Positions 19,163 to 27,135 of a stretch of 41,349 bases of DNA are shown here, one piece after another; positions within the stretch are counted from its first letter, which is position 1; every line of letters begins with the position of its first letter. Made by a program: the position numbers and the translations under genes. Below the pieces are notes generated by a model. That model saw only the letters and a list, made by a program, of their open reading frames with translations. It searched no databases and had not been told where the DNA came from. The DNA is from a virus (Duplodnaviria; Caudoviricetes): the IMG/VR virus record IMGVR_UViG_3300045831_000017, positions 1-41,349 of that record; one strand, 5' to 3'.

Positions 19163-19198
19163 GGGCCCGGGGTGACCCCGTCGAGAGTCCCCGGGCCC
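19163..19198. terminator. GC-rich hairpin after the fibre gene
   Basis: GGGCCCGGGG (19163-19172) pairs with CCCCGGGCCC (19189-19198). Confidence 0.55.
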
Positions 19199-19204
19199 GC
19201 GCTG

Positions 19205-19636
19205 TTACTCCCCGGAGGGCGCTTCGAGCGCGTCGATGCGGGCGAGGGCGGCGGCGAAGTCTTCGGTGGAGACCTTGCCGTTGAGTGCGTCCTGCAGGCC
19301 GGTGACGTTGGCCACAGTGTGGGTGTGGTTGCCGGCGGCTGCGGTGGTCCCGGTGGTGCCGAGTGCGAGATTGCTGGTGCCTGCGCCGATGGCGGAGCGT
19401 GCCGCGGTGGCGTCGGACGCCTTGAGCACGTTCTTGCCGACCGTGGTGGCACCGGAGAGGGTGTCCGCGGTCGGGGCGGCGGGGATGTCGTCGGGATCAG
19501 CCTTTCCGTCGGCAGTGGACTGCGCGGCGGCGGCGGCATCGTGAGCGGACTTGATGCCCTGCTCGATCTTGTTGAGGTTGTCGGCCTCCAGATCGGGGGC
19601 GGAGTCGTTTGCCCAGGCGGTGGGTTCGTATGCCAT
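19205..19636 (-). CDS. Small fibre or decoration protein between tail tube and chaperone genes
   Basis: MAYEPTAW...LEADNLNKIEQGI N-terminus, AARSAIGAGTSNLALG and HTHTVANVTGLQDALNGK fibre repeats, C-terminal coil. AGGAGG SD. Confidence 0.8.
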   Translation of the reverse strand: MAYEPTAWANDSAPDLEADNLNKIEQGIKSAHDAAAAAQSTADGKADPDDIPAAPTADTLSGATTVGKNVLKASDATAARSAIGAGTSNLALGTTGTTAAAGNHTHTVANVTGLQDALNGKVSTEDFAAALARIDALEAPSGE

Positions 19637-19689
19637 GTTGTGTCCTCCTCAGAGGCTCAGGGAGTGGTGGACGGGTGAAGCCCCGGAGA

Positions 19690-19742
19690 CGGGTGCAGCC
19701 CCTTGCGGGGCCGCAGGCCTACGGGGTCGGGGTTTCCCCCGA
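19690..19742 (-). repeat. 53-bp frameshift cassette, copy at the 3' end of the major tail gene
   Basis: Identical to 22103-22155. Contains GGGGGAA, the stop codon and a GCAA-tetraloop hairpin. Confidence 0.95.
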
Positions 19743-20363
19743 GTCATCACCGCCATCGCCGTCGGCGGGTGCTTCGGCGTCGGGGCGGTAGATGTACTGG
19801 TAGAGCTTGTTCGTGTCGTCGTCCGGGAAGCACTCGAAGGTGACCTCGTACTGGATAACGCCGGAGCGGACGAAGTTGACGTCGCCGACCTCGGTGGCCT
19901 GGGCGTCCGGGGCGAACAGGCGGATGCGGGACTCGGCCGCACCCTTGATCTCGGCGTCGAGAGCACGGTGCGGGAGCTCGTCGGCGTTGTCGACGACGGT
20001 GATGTTCTTCCCGTCGGCGGAGATGATGACGTTGTTGTCACCGGCGATGATCTTGAGGACCTCGGCGTTGGCCGACTCCATGAAGGTCAGCTTGAGGGTG
20101 ACGGAGTGGTCGGACTGCACGATGACGACGGTGTCGCCGTTCCAGTCCTTGATCTTCTCGGTGGAGCGGTCGACGGTCTTGGAGATGCCGTCCTCGGTGA
20201 TGTAGCCGCCGGGCTTGAGGTCCAGGCGGGTCTGGAGCTCGGAGATGGCCTCCTCGGCGTCCTTCGGGTAGTTGGCGATGGCCGGGGCGGCGGGGCCGAT
20301 CAGCATTCCGCCGGCGGCCTTAACGTCGGGTGCACCGACGAGAACATTGGCGCGGTTGCGCAT
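19719..20363 (-). CDS. Major tail (tube) protein, with predicted -1 extended form ending at 19657
   Basis: NVLVGAP, GYITEDG and KIKDWNGDTV motifs of actinophage tail tubes. Confidence 0.92.
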   Translation of the reverse strand: MRNRANVLVGAPDVKAAGGMLIGPAAPAIANYPKDAEEAISELQTRLDLKPGGYITEDGISKTVDRSTEKIKDWNGDTVVIVQSDHSVTLKLTFMESANAEVLKIIAGDNNVIISADGKNITVVDNADELPHRALDAEIKGAAESRIRLFAPDAQATEVGDVNFVRSGVIQYEVTFECFPDDDTNKLYQYIYRPDAEAPADGDGGDDSGETPTP

Positions 20364-20420
20364 TGGTTTCTCCCTTTCGTGGAGACGGGGTATGGGAAAG
20401 GCCCTGGCCTGACCGGAGGG

Positions 20421-20780
20421 TCAGAGCAGGGCCTGGGTGAGCGTCCCGATGAACTGCCATCGGGTCACGTCTGGGGTGTCAGGGTCGGGAAAGTCGACGG
20501 GGCCGGAGTCCTCAGACCAGCCGAGGACCCGGTCATCGATCACGTCGAGCTCAAAGCAGAGTTCGCGGATGACGTCGATGAGGTCGACGGTCTCGTCGAG
20601 AGTCTGCCCGTAGACCTGGATGAAGACGGTGGTCACGTCGGTGACCGGAGTGGTGCGCCGTGGCGCGGCCTGGTCCACGCGGACGAAGAGGTCCGGTCGT
20701 GGTCGGGGCACCTTGTGCACCACCTGGGCGGGCACGTTGTCCCGCAGGACGGCCATGACGATCTGCTGGGCTGTGGGCAC
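20421..20780 (-). CDS. Tail terminator protein
   Basis: GTG start (PTAQQIV) after a GGAGGG SD. VPRPRPDLFVRV and PDPDTPDVTRWQ motifs, directly upstream of the tail tube gene. Confidence 0.75.
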   Translation of the reverse strand: MPTAQQIVMAVLRDNVPAQVVHKVPRPRPDLFVRVDQAAPRRTTPVTDVTTVFIQVYGQTLDETVDLIDVIRELCFELDVIDDRVLGWSEDSGPVDFPDPDTPDVTRWQFIGTLTQALL

Positions 20781-20812
20781 AGTCCCTCCCCTCCCCCGGC
20801 GTGTAGACCTGC

Positions 20813-21061
20813 TCAGCCCAGCTTGCGAGCAGACAGGACCTTGACCAGGGTGTTGTTCTTCTGGTTGTCGCGGTACGCCTTGTACGTGTCTGGGATGACG
20901 ATCGTCCGGTACCGGGTCTTGCCCTGTACCGAGCTGATCGTGTACCCGGATCCGCACTCGACGGCGATGGAGTCGGCCTCGGCGTCGACGGCGGAAATGA
21001 CACCGGGTGACCGGCGGATCGCCTCGAACGCCTTGGGGTTCCACTGGAGTTTCGGGGCCAT
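20813..21061 (-). CDS. Tail-completion or neck protein (HK97 gp10-like position)
   Basis: MAPKLQWNPKAFEAIRRSP...NNTLVKVL, with typical size and synteny. Confidence 0.7.
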   Translation of the reverse strand: MAPKLQWNPKAFEAIRRSPGVISAVDAEADSIAVECGSGYTISSVQGKTRYRTIVIPDTYKAYRDNQKNNTLVKVLSARKLG

Positions 21062-21063
21062 GG

Positions 21064-21252
21064 TCAGCCCCGGTCCTTGACGATCTCGAACTCCGCCCAC
21101 GCCCCCGGCGCGTAGCCGGCGAGCGTGCTGGTGCCCTGAGCGTCGGCGAAGATGACGAGGCATCCGTCGACGATCTCGCAGGCGTTGGTGGGGTGTTCGG
21201 TGATGACGGCCTCGCCAGTGTCGTCGAGGACGCCGTGGGTGATGCGGATCAT
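21064..21252 (-). CDS. Small hypothetical protein in the head-tail module
   Basis: 62 aa (MIRITHG...AGYAPGAWAEFE), start overlapping the upstream stop with a GGAGG SD. Confidence 0.65.
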   Translation of the reverse strand: MIRITHGVLDDTGEAVITEHPTNACEIVDGCLVIFADAQGTSTLAGYAPGAWAEFEIVKDRG

Positions 21253-21596
21253 CAGCCCTCCGTTCTGGTTGCGATGACGACGACGAGACCCGGATCGAAG
21301 AACGGGTTGTTGGCGAAGTCCTGGTCGTTGCCCTTCACCTTCCACGGTGTCGGGTCCCCCGGTGTCCTGATCTCGCCGCCCGGGCCGGGGTCGTCGTCGG
21401 GGGCGCAGTAGACAGTGAGCGTGTCGATCGTCCGCAGGAGGGAGTCGCCCACGACTTCCTGGGTCGGGGAGACTGCCCACCCGAACACGAGGACTTCCTG
21501 CCACGGGCCGAAGCCCATGACGGGGTCACCGTTTCGGTCGGTGCCGGTGCGGGTCCAGGAGCGGACCTCGACCGGGCGGGTCAGCGGGTAGGCCAT
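21252..21596 (-). CDS. Head-to-tail stopper
   Basis: DRNGDP, WKVKG and NPFF.PG motifs plus synteny. Confidence 0.75.
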   Translation of the reverse strand: MAYPLTRPVEVRSWTRTGTDRNGDPVMGFGPWQEVLVFGWAVSPTQEVVGDSLLRTIDTLTVYCAPDDDPGPGGEIRTPGDPTPWKVKGNDQDFANNPFFDPGLVVVIATRTEG

Positions 21597-22057
21597 CAGA
21601 CCCCCTCTCCCGGCGCGGTGCCGGGCGGTCCGTTGACCCAGGCGTGGTCCAGCGGGTGCCCGGTGCGGTTGGGCTTTGCGGTCATGTCGAAGCCGGTGTG
21701 CTTCTTCGCGCCGCCGGAGAGCATCGCCCGGTGAGCCGGGGTCAGTTCCATGGACTGCGCGAGAGTCTCGGTGCCGTAGGTCGTGGACTCGGTGAAGACG
21801 CCGGCGGTGCGACTGGCCTGCCGGACTGCTTCCGGGTTCCGCAGGGCCGTGCTGACGAGCTGCACTTCGACGTAGACGACCCTGGTGTGCCAGGTGCCGT
21901 CCGTGTCGTCGGTGAGCTGATCAGTGAGCTTCGGATACTCAGAGAGGATCAGTGTCTCCGCATCGTCCAGCCAGAGCTGGATGACGTCGTCTGCGGGCAG
22001 GGCGGAGGTGGACAGCCAGCGGTCGCGGACGTCCGCTGGTGTCGCGTAGGTGGTCAC
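21596..22057 (-). CDS. Head-to-tail adaptor (Gp19/Gp15/Gp42-like)
   Basis: YATPADV..RW, LDDAE and LRNPE motifs, directly after the capsid gene. Confidence 0.85.
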   Translation of the reverse strand: MTTYATPADVRDRWLSTSALPADDVIQLWLDDAETLILSEYPKLTDQLTDDTDGTWHTRVVYVEVQLVSTALRNPEAVRQASRTAGVFTESTTYGTETLAQSMELTPAHRAMLSGGAKKHTGFDMTAKPNRTGHPLDHAWVNGPPGTAPGEGV

Positions 22058-22102
22058 AGAGTCACCTCCCTACGTGGTTGTGCGCGGATGCAGCCCCGTA
22101 GC

Positions 22103-22155
22103 CGGGTGCAGCCCCTTGCGGGGCCGCAGGCCTACGGGGTCGGGGTTTCCCCCGA
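22103..22155 (-). repeat. 53-bp frameshift cassette, copy at the 3' end of the major capsid gene
   Basis: Identical to 19690-19742. Confidence 0.95.
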
Positions 22156-23094
22156 ACCACCAGCCGGGAGAAGGAGTCCGGCCGGGTAGACGCGGTCCTT
22201 CTTCCGGCCGACGCGGGTGACCGGCGCGGCGCACTGCCAGCCGACCCGCATGACCACGCGCAACGCCTTCGAATCCTGCTGCATCAGGTTCAGGACGACC
22301 TTGCCCTCGGCGTCGGAGATGACGCCCTCGGAGAAGAGGTCGTAGGTGATGTCCTGGCGGACGCCGACGACGAACTTGGACCAGTCGAGGGCCATGAGCT
22401 TCGCCTTTTCGCCGTCGAAGCCGCCGGTGGCGTCCTCGTTGATCGGCTTGCCGTACAGGGTGTCCGGCTGGCCGAGGGCGTGGGACGGGCCGTAGATCGC
22501 GTCGCCGTTGGCGGAGCGCTGTCCGATCAGTTCCCAGCCGAGGCCCGGCTCGGAGACGAAGCCGTTGATGTTGTAGCCCTGCTTGGAGACCAGGCCCGCG
22601 AGGTTGGCGACGTCGACGCCGAGGTCTGCGCCGGTACCGGCAGTGACGGTGTTGCCAGCGGCGGTGGCTGCGGTGAAGACGTCGTCGGGCCAGGAGTCCG
22701 GCTTGTCGACGCCGAAGAGGGTGGCCTCGTCGATCTTCTGGCCGAAGGCCTCGGCGACGAGCGGCTTGATCTCGTCCCAGAGGGGCACCTGGGCGTCGGC
22801 GATGAGAGCGTCCGGGATCGGGACGATGACCGCGAGCTCCTCGGCGGTCATGGTGATCCCGTTCCAGGTTGCACCGGAGGTCTGCTTGAGACCGGTGTCG
22901 CCGTTGACCCAGTAGGCGTCCGGGAGGGAGGCGAGGACGGGCTGCTTGGACTTGGCGGAGCTCATCGGCACCCGGCGGGCGTTGGTGAGCATGATGGAGT
23001 CCTTCGGAGCCTCGGCGAGGATCTCCTTGGACACCTGGTCGGGAAGGTGGGCGTCGGAGACGTCCGCCCGTCCGAGGATGTTGTTGAACGGCAT
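22132..23094 (-). CDS. Major capsid protein (HK97 fold), with predicted -1 extended form ending at 22070
   Basis: AYWV, EELAVIVP and NLMQQD..ALRV.MRVGW motifs, following the scaffold gene. Confidence 0.95.
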   Translation of the reverse strand: MPFNNILGRADVSDAHLPDQVSKEILAEAPKDSIMLTNARRVPMSSAKSKQPVLASLPDAYWVNGDTGLKQTSGATWNGITMTAEELAVIVPIPDALIADAQVPLWDEIKPLVAEAFGQKIDEATLFGVDKPDSWPDDVFTAATAAGNTVTAGTGADLGVDVANLAGLVSKQGYNINGFVSEPGLGWELIGQRSANGDAIYGPSHALGQPDTLYGKPINEDATGGFDGEKAKLMALDWSKFVVGVRQDITYDLFSEGVISDAEGKVVLNLMQQDSKALRVVMRVGWQCAAPVTRVGRKKDRVYPAGLLLPAGGSGETPTP

Positions 23095-23151
23095 GGTCGG
23101 TTCCTTTCAGTTGCCGTGAACGGTTGTGGTCGGCTGTGTGGTCCGGTCGGC

Positions 23152-23736
23152 TCAGCGGGTGCTGAGCGCGTCGCGGATCCAGTCGCCGGAGGGGGTGGAC
23201 CCGTTCCCGCGTCCCTCACCGGGGACTCGCGGGGCGGTATTGGTCGGAGCAGCAGCCTTGGTGGCCTCGGTAATGGCCTCGGCGAGCTTGGTCGCGTGTG
23301 CGGCGAGTTCGTCCTCGGAAGTGCCTGCGAGCAGGTCCGGGTCGAGGTGGTGCTCAGCGGCGATTCGCGTACGCGCACCGTCGAGCTTCTGGGCGGCGAG
23401 TTCGGACTCGAGGCGGGCGATGCGCTCGGCGGAGCGCTGCTCGTCGGTCTTCTTCGCATCCTCGAGCTCGTCGTACTTCGAGGCTTTCGCCTTGAGCTCG
23501 TCGTAGCCGGCGAACTTGGACCGCTCCCGGGCCAGACGGGCCTCGATGATGCGGTCCAAGTCCTCCTGGGACTCCGGCGGGGTGTACGAGGACTTCCCGT
23601 CGGAGTCCTGGCCCTCCTTTCCAGATGCGCCGGCGCCTGCGTTGTCGGCATTGGGTTCTGCGGTCTTCGCGGACTCGCTGGCTGTCTCAGCGGACTGTGC
23701 GGCGGCTGCGGCGGTGCCGGGATTGATGTCTCCCAT
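23152..23736 (-). CDS. Scaffolding protein
   Basis: SQEDLDRIIEARLARERSKFAGYDELKAKA coiled coil and LLAGTSEDEL..HA motif. Start at ATG 23736. Confidence 0.85.
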   Translation of the reverse strand: MGDINPGTAAAAAQSAETASESAKTAEPNADNAGAGASGKEGQDSDGKSSYTPPESQEDLDRIIEARLARERSKFAGYDELKAKASKYDELEDAKKTDEQRSAERIARLESELAAQKLDGARTRIAAEHHLDPDLLAGTSEDELAAHATKLAEAITEATKAAAPTNTAPRVPGEGRGNGSTPSGDWIRDALSTR

Positions 23737-23909
23737 GGTGCTGCTCCCTTCCTCGAGGCTGTGCCCCGGGTGGTGATCGTGCGGTTGTCCGCCACGGTGT
23801 CCGTGGCGTGTGGGTGTCCACCCCGGTTCTTCCGCGCACAGCAGACGACGCCCGGCGCGGCCGGTGGGCCGCGGGGCGTCGTCTGGGGTGTTCGGTTGTT
23901 GGGGTGTTG

Positions 23910-23987
23910 TTCTCCTCCCGGGGATCGAACCCGGGTCACCGACCATGGGATGGGGGTCGGGGTCCTTACCTGCTGGACGAGAGGAAA
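23910..23987 (-). ncRNA. tRNA-like element or pseudo-tRNA with a 12-nt anticodon loop
   Basis: TTTCCTC TC GTCC-AGCAGGTAA-GGAC C CCGAC-CCCCATCCCATG-GTCGG TGAC CCGGG-TTCGATC-CCCGG GAGGAGA A. All four stems pair. No encoded CCA. Confidence 0.7.
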
Positions 23988-24054
23988 GCCTGGACGCGGT
24001 GTCCGGGTACAAGTGAACCCCCGGGCCCGGTGCGTTGGGCGAGGGGGTTGGTGA

Positions 24055-24372
24055 TCATGCTGTTGCCTGGCGTGCTTCGAGAAGAGCTTCGAGGTCGATC
24101 TTCGGTTCCATGGCTGCGAAGGCCCGGAGGTTGTCCTGCGTTAACTCGTCTTCGGGGTACTCGGGGTCCGGATCGTCAAGGTCCCCGTCGTCTACGAAGA
24201 CTCGGATGAACTGTTCCTTCATCGCCGAGTCGACTACTGCGCGGGTCTCGACCAGATCGTCAAGGAGGATGTCGAAGACTCTCTCCTCGATGGGGATACG
24301 CCCGAAGATGGCCGGTGGTACGGCGGTCGCGGCAATCTGCTCCGCAAGTGCTAGGGGGTCAGTCTCCGTCAT
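24055..24372 (-). CDS. Putative immunity protein for the MuF-EndoU toxin
   Basis: 105-aa acidic protein whose ATG overlaps the toxin stop (ATGA), with a GGAGG SD. Confidence 0.6.
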   Translation of the reverse strand: MTETDPLALAEQIAATAVPPAIFGRIPIEERVFDILLDDLVETRAVVDSAMKEQFIRVFVDDGDLDDPDPEYPEDELTQDNLRAFAAMEPKIDLEALLEARQATA

Positions 24373-25649
24373 GTCGCCTCCTCGGGCCATCCTCGTTCTT
24401 CTACGTCGCCATTCGGCAGTACCACCTTAACTCCATCACCTCGTCGGGGGAAGGCGCTTGTTACGCGATAGTCGTTGCCACTGTTCTTCTTGGCGCCACC
24501 GCACTGCACGACGAGTTCGATTGTTCCTCCAGCAGGTGATGGAACGGTCGCGAACACCCAGTATCCCCACTTCCCGTTCTTCTGGATGACTTCAGGGTCA
24601 GCGAGGACTCGGGCGATTCCGTCTTCTCCATTGAGCCATTCCGCAAGCTCCTGGTCGGTCATATCGGGGAAGAACGTCTTTCCGTCCGGCAGTAGTTTCC
24701 CCGTGCCGTTTCGGACCTCTGTGGCGATAGGCGGAATCTGTTGTGCAATATGGCCGCCGGTGATCAGTTTTGTCTTCTTGGCTACCTTGTACGAGGTCAG
24801 GTGCCTCATGTCCAGGGCGGTGTCTATCTTCCCTGCATCCCGAGAGGCAAGGAACATGTCACGGTCGCGCACCTTCTTCCGTTTGCCGGCGATGTGGGCC
24901 TCCCAGACCTTCGCCTGGCCGGGAAGCGGTCCGTTGTCATCCCAGGTGACGTCATACCACTCGTCTTGGAGGTCCTTGACGATCTGCGGAAGGTCCGCGT
25001 CCGAGAAGCTCTCCCGCGCGGTGCAGGAGCAGTGATCGTGGTACTTCTGGCCCTCCGCCCGCTGCCCGGTGGTGAACCGATGCCCGCCGGATGCTGCCGG
25101 ATTTCGGGTGTGCGAGACCCTCGCATCACCCTTTCTCGTGTACCCGCCACCGGTGGTCAGCACCGACGACTTCGTGTACACCGCTCCCCTGCTGGCGAGC
25201 ATGAGGCAGAACGCGCACGCGTTCGCCCCCGGCACGCGCACATACCGACTGCCGGCGGCGGCGGTGGACTCCCACACGGTCTCCCTCGCGGGCTGACGCA
25301 CCAGACGACCCAGCGGCCCGGCCATCACCCGCGCAGCGGCGGGGATGTTGCCCTCGGCCTTGTTCACCGCCCAGGACGCCGAGGAGGAGACCTGAGCGAC
25401 GTTGACCGGATCCGCGGGCACCGGGGCAGGCAGCTGGTCCTGCCCGGCGTCCATCCGCCCGGTGTCCAACGCCCACAGAGCCGAGGACACTGCCACGGTG
25501 CCGTAACGGCGGGTGATCTCCGCGCAGACAGCCTGGAACGCCTCCGGGGACATGTCCGGGTTGGCGTCCACCGCCTTAAACAGAGTGTCGGTGGCCAGCA
25601 CCACTGTCTTGTCGAGGTGCTGGGCATGCGTGTTCCAGGGGTCGGCCAC
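24369..25649 (-). CDS. MuF-like minor head (capsid maturation) protein with C-terminal EndoU-like nuclease domain
   Basis: N-terminal YVRVP...ACAFCLMLASRG.VY and YHDHCSC. C-terminal RHL...GGH...GKTFFP...SAFP pattern of bacterial EndoU. Confidence 0.8.
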   Translation of the reverse strand: MADPWNTHAQHLDKTVVLATDTLFKAVDANPDMSPEAFQAVCAEITRRYGTVAVSSALWALDTGRMDAGQDQLPAPVPADPVNVAQVSSSASWAVNKAEGNIPAAARVMAGPLGRLVRQPARETVWESTAAAGSRYVRVPGANACAFCLMLASRGAVYTKSSVLTTGGGYTRKGDARVSHTRNPAASGGHRFTTGQRAEGQKYHDHCSCTARESFSDADLPQIVKDLQDEWYDVTWDDNGPLPGQAKVWEAHIAGKRKKVRDRDMFLASRDAGKIDTALDMRHLTSYKVAKKTKLITGGHIAQQIPPIATEVRNGTGKLLPDGKTFFPDMTDQELAEWLNGEDGIARVLADPEVIQKNGKWGYWVFATVPSPAGGTIELVVQCGGAKKNSGNDYRVTSAFPRRGDGVKVVLPNGDVEERGWPEEAT

Positions 25650-25680
25650 CGGTGACCACCCCCTTCATAGTGCTGTCGGG

Positions 25681-27135
25681 CTACTGCTGGATCGCCGGTG
25701 CGCCCTCGTCGGCAACGGCGTCGGTCGCCTCGGGCGCTGCGGCCTGGGTGCCGCCGAGGAGCTGGTCGAGCAAGTCGCTGCCCTGGTTCTTGAGGGCGTC
25801 TACCTTGAGTCGGCTGATCGTCACCGGGTCCAGGCCGAGCTGCTCCCAGGTGACCTCGGACTGGGCGGGGTACACCCCGGCCTGCACCAGTGTCATCACC
25901 GACTGTGCGTCGGCAGCCTTCGTCGGGGTCGACGGGTCCCGCCACTTCGCCTGCAGGCGCCCCAGACGCTCGTCGGCGACACCGTCGCGGGCGTGCTGGG
26001 CCAGTCGCATGACCTCGCACCAGCCGGAGCCGTAGACCATCTGGGCACGCTCGGCGACCTTCACCAGCTCTGCCTCGTTGGCGCGGATCGCGTCCGCCGA
26101 GGACGGGTTGTCCTGGATGATGCCCAGGGAGTCCGGTGGGATCGAGGTCTCACCTGCAACCAGCATGGCGATCGCGCGGAGTTGCTCGATGTGCGGCTGA
26201 GGGGACGCTGCGGAGAACGTGCCCATACTCGGGGCGTTGCCGTCCTCGTCGCGGCCCAGGACGAGCAGTCGGTTGAGGTAGGTCAGGAACGTGTCCTCGT
26301 CGAAATCCTCGGCCAGCGCGCCGGAGACCCAGCGCTGCGGGAAGCTGAAGAACTCCGCGGTGCCCTCCATGCGGATCACGGTGCGCGCCGCGGCGTCCGT
26401 GAAGTTCATCAGCGGGCGGGTGATCCGACTCATGCCGTAGCGCTTGTCCAGGCGGGGCCGGTGGGCCAGCATCACCATCGGCACGACCCCGAGCGTGTGA
26501 GGCTGGCGGACGACGGCGTAGCCGTTGCCCTCGCGCCAGATCGTGACGACGCGGTCGGCCATCCACAGGTTCAGCTCCGGGGACTCGATGCCGTCGATGC
26601 CCTCGTTGATGGTCATGCCTGCCACGATCCGGCGGGAGCGCTGCGACCACAGGGCCGAGCCCTCCGTCGCCGCGCGGGTCTGCACGACCACCGGGGGTTC
26701 CCCTTCCGTCTCGTCCCCGGCGGTGACTGTGGCGAAGGCGACGCCGTGGATCATGCTGGCGATGTGCGCCTGCGAGGACTCCACGATCAGCTGGTTGCCG
26801 TCGATGATCTGCGCCAGCGAGTCGTCGGCCTCCGCCTGATCCGGCATGACGAAGCCCTGGAGGTCCAGCCGATTGTCGAGCACCTCGACAGCCTTGGCCG
26901 GCCAGCCGATCACGCTCTCAAGCTTCCCGAGTTGCGGGGGCATCGCCATGCCGAGCAGCCCGGCGCGACGCAGGGAGCGTTCGCCGTCGTAGTAGAGGGT
27001 GCGCAGGTAGTTTCGGGAGCGGTTGGCCTCCCAGCGTCGCATGAGCTGGACCAGGAGGCGGGTTTCCTCCGGCAGGAGGCCAGGGGCGTTGGTGAAGGTG
27101 GCCAAGGAGGTCAGGGAGGAGCCGGTGGCGGTCAC
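25681..27135 (-). CDS. Portal protein (SPP1 gp6-like)
   Basis: YYDG, VIGWPAKAV, G.SRIT, EFFSFPQR and NPSSADAI motifs. GTG start overlaps the TerL stop. Confidence 0.92.
   Translation of the reverse strand: MTATGSSLTSLATFTNAPGLLPEETRLLVQLMRRWEANRSRNYLRTLYYDGERSLRRAGLLGMAMPPQLGKLESVIGWPAKAVEVLDNRLDLQGFVMPDQAEADDSLAQIIDGNQLIVESSQAHIASMIHGVAFATVTAGDETEGEPPVVVQTRAATEGSALWSQRSRRIVAGMTINEGIDGIESPELNLWMADRVVTIWREGNGYAVVRQPHTLGVVPMVMLAHRPRLDKRYGMSRITRPLMNFTDAAARTVIRMEGTAEFFSFPQRWVSGALAEDFDEDTFLTYLNRLLVLGRDEDGNAPSMGTFSAASPQPHIEQLRAIAMLVAGETSIPPDSLGIIQDNPSSADAIRANEAELVKVAERAQMVYGSGWCEVMRLAQHARDGVADERLGRLQAKWRDPSTPTKAADAQSVMTLVQAGVYPAQSEVTWEQLGLDPVTISRLKVDALKNQGSDLLDQLLGGTQAAAPEATDAVADEGAPAIQQ

Noticed and set aside
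19649-19721. +1 frameshift or TAG readthrough as the purpose of the capsid/tail cassette
   Set aside because: In those frames the two copies diverge in sequence and length. Only the -1 frame shows synonymous changes and aligned stops.
23910-23987. Functional decoding tRNA, or tRNA-derived attP core
   Set aside because: The 12-nt loop lacks U33 and no CCA is encoded. It is far from int, and the arm-type sites lie at 4561-4906.
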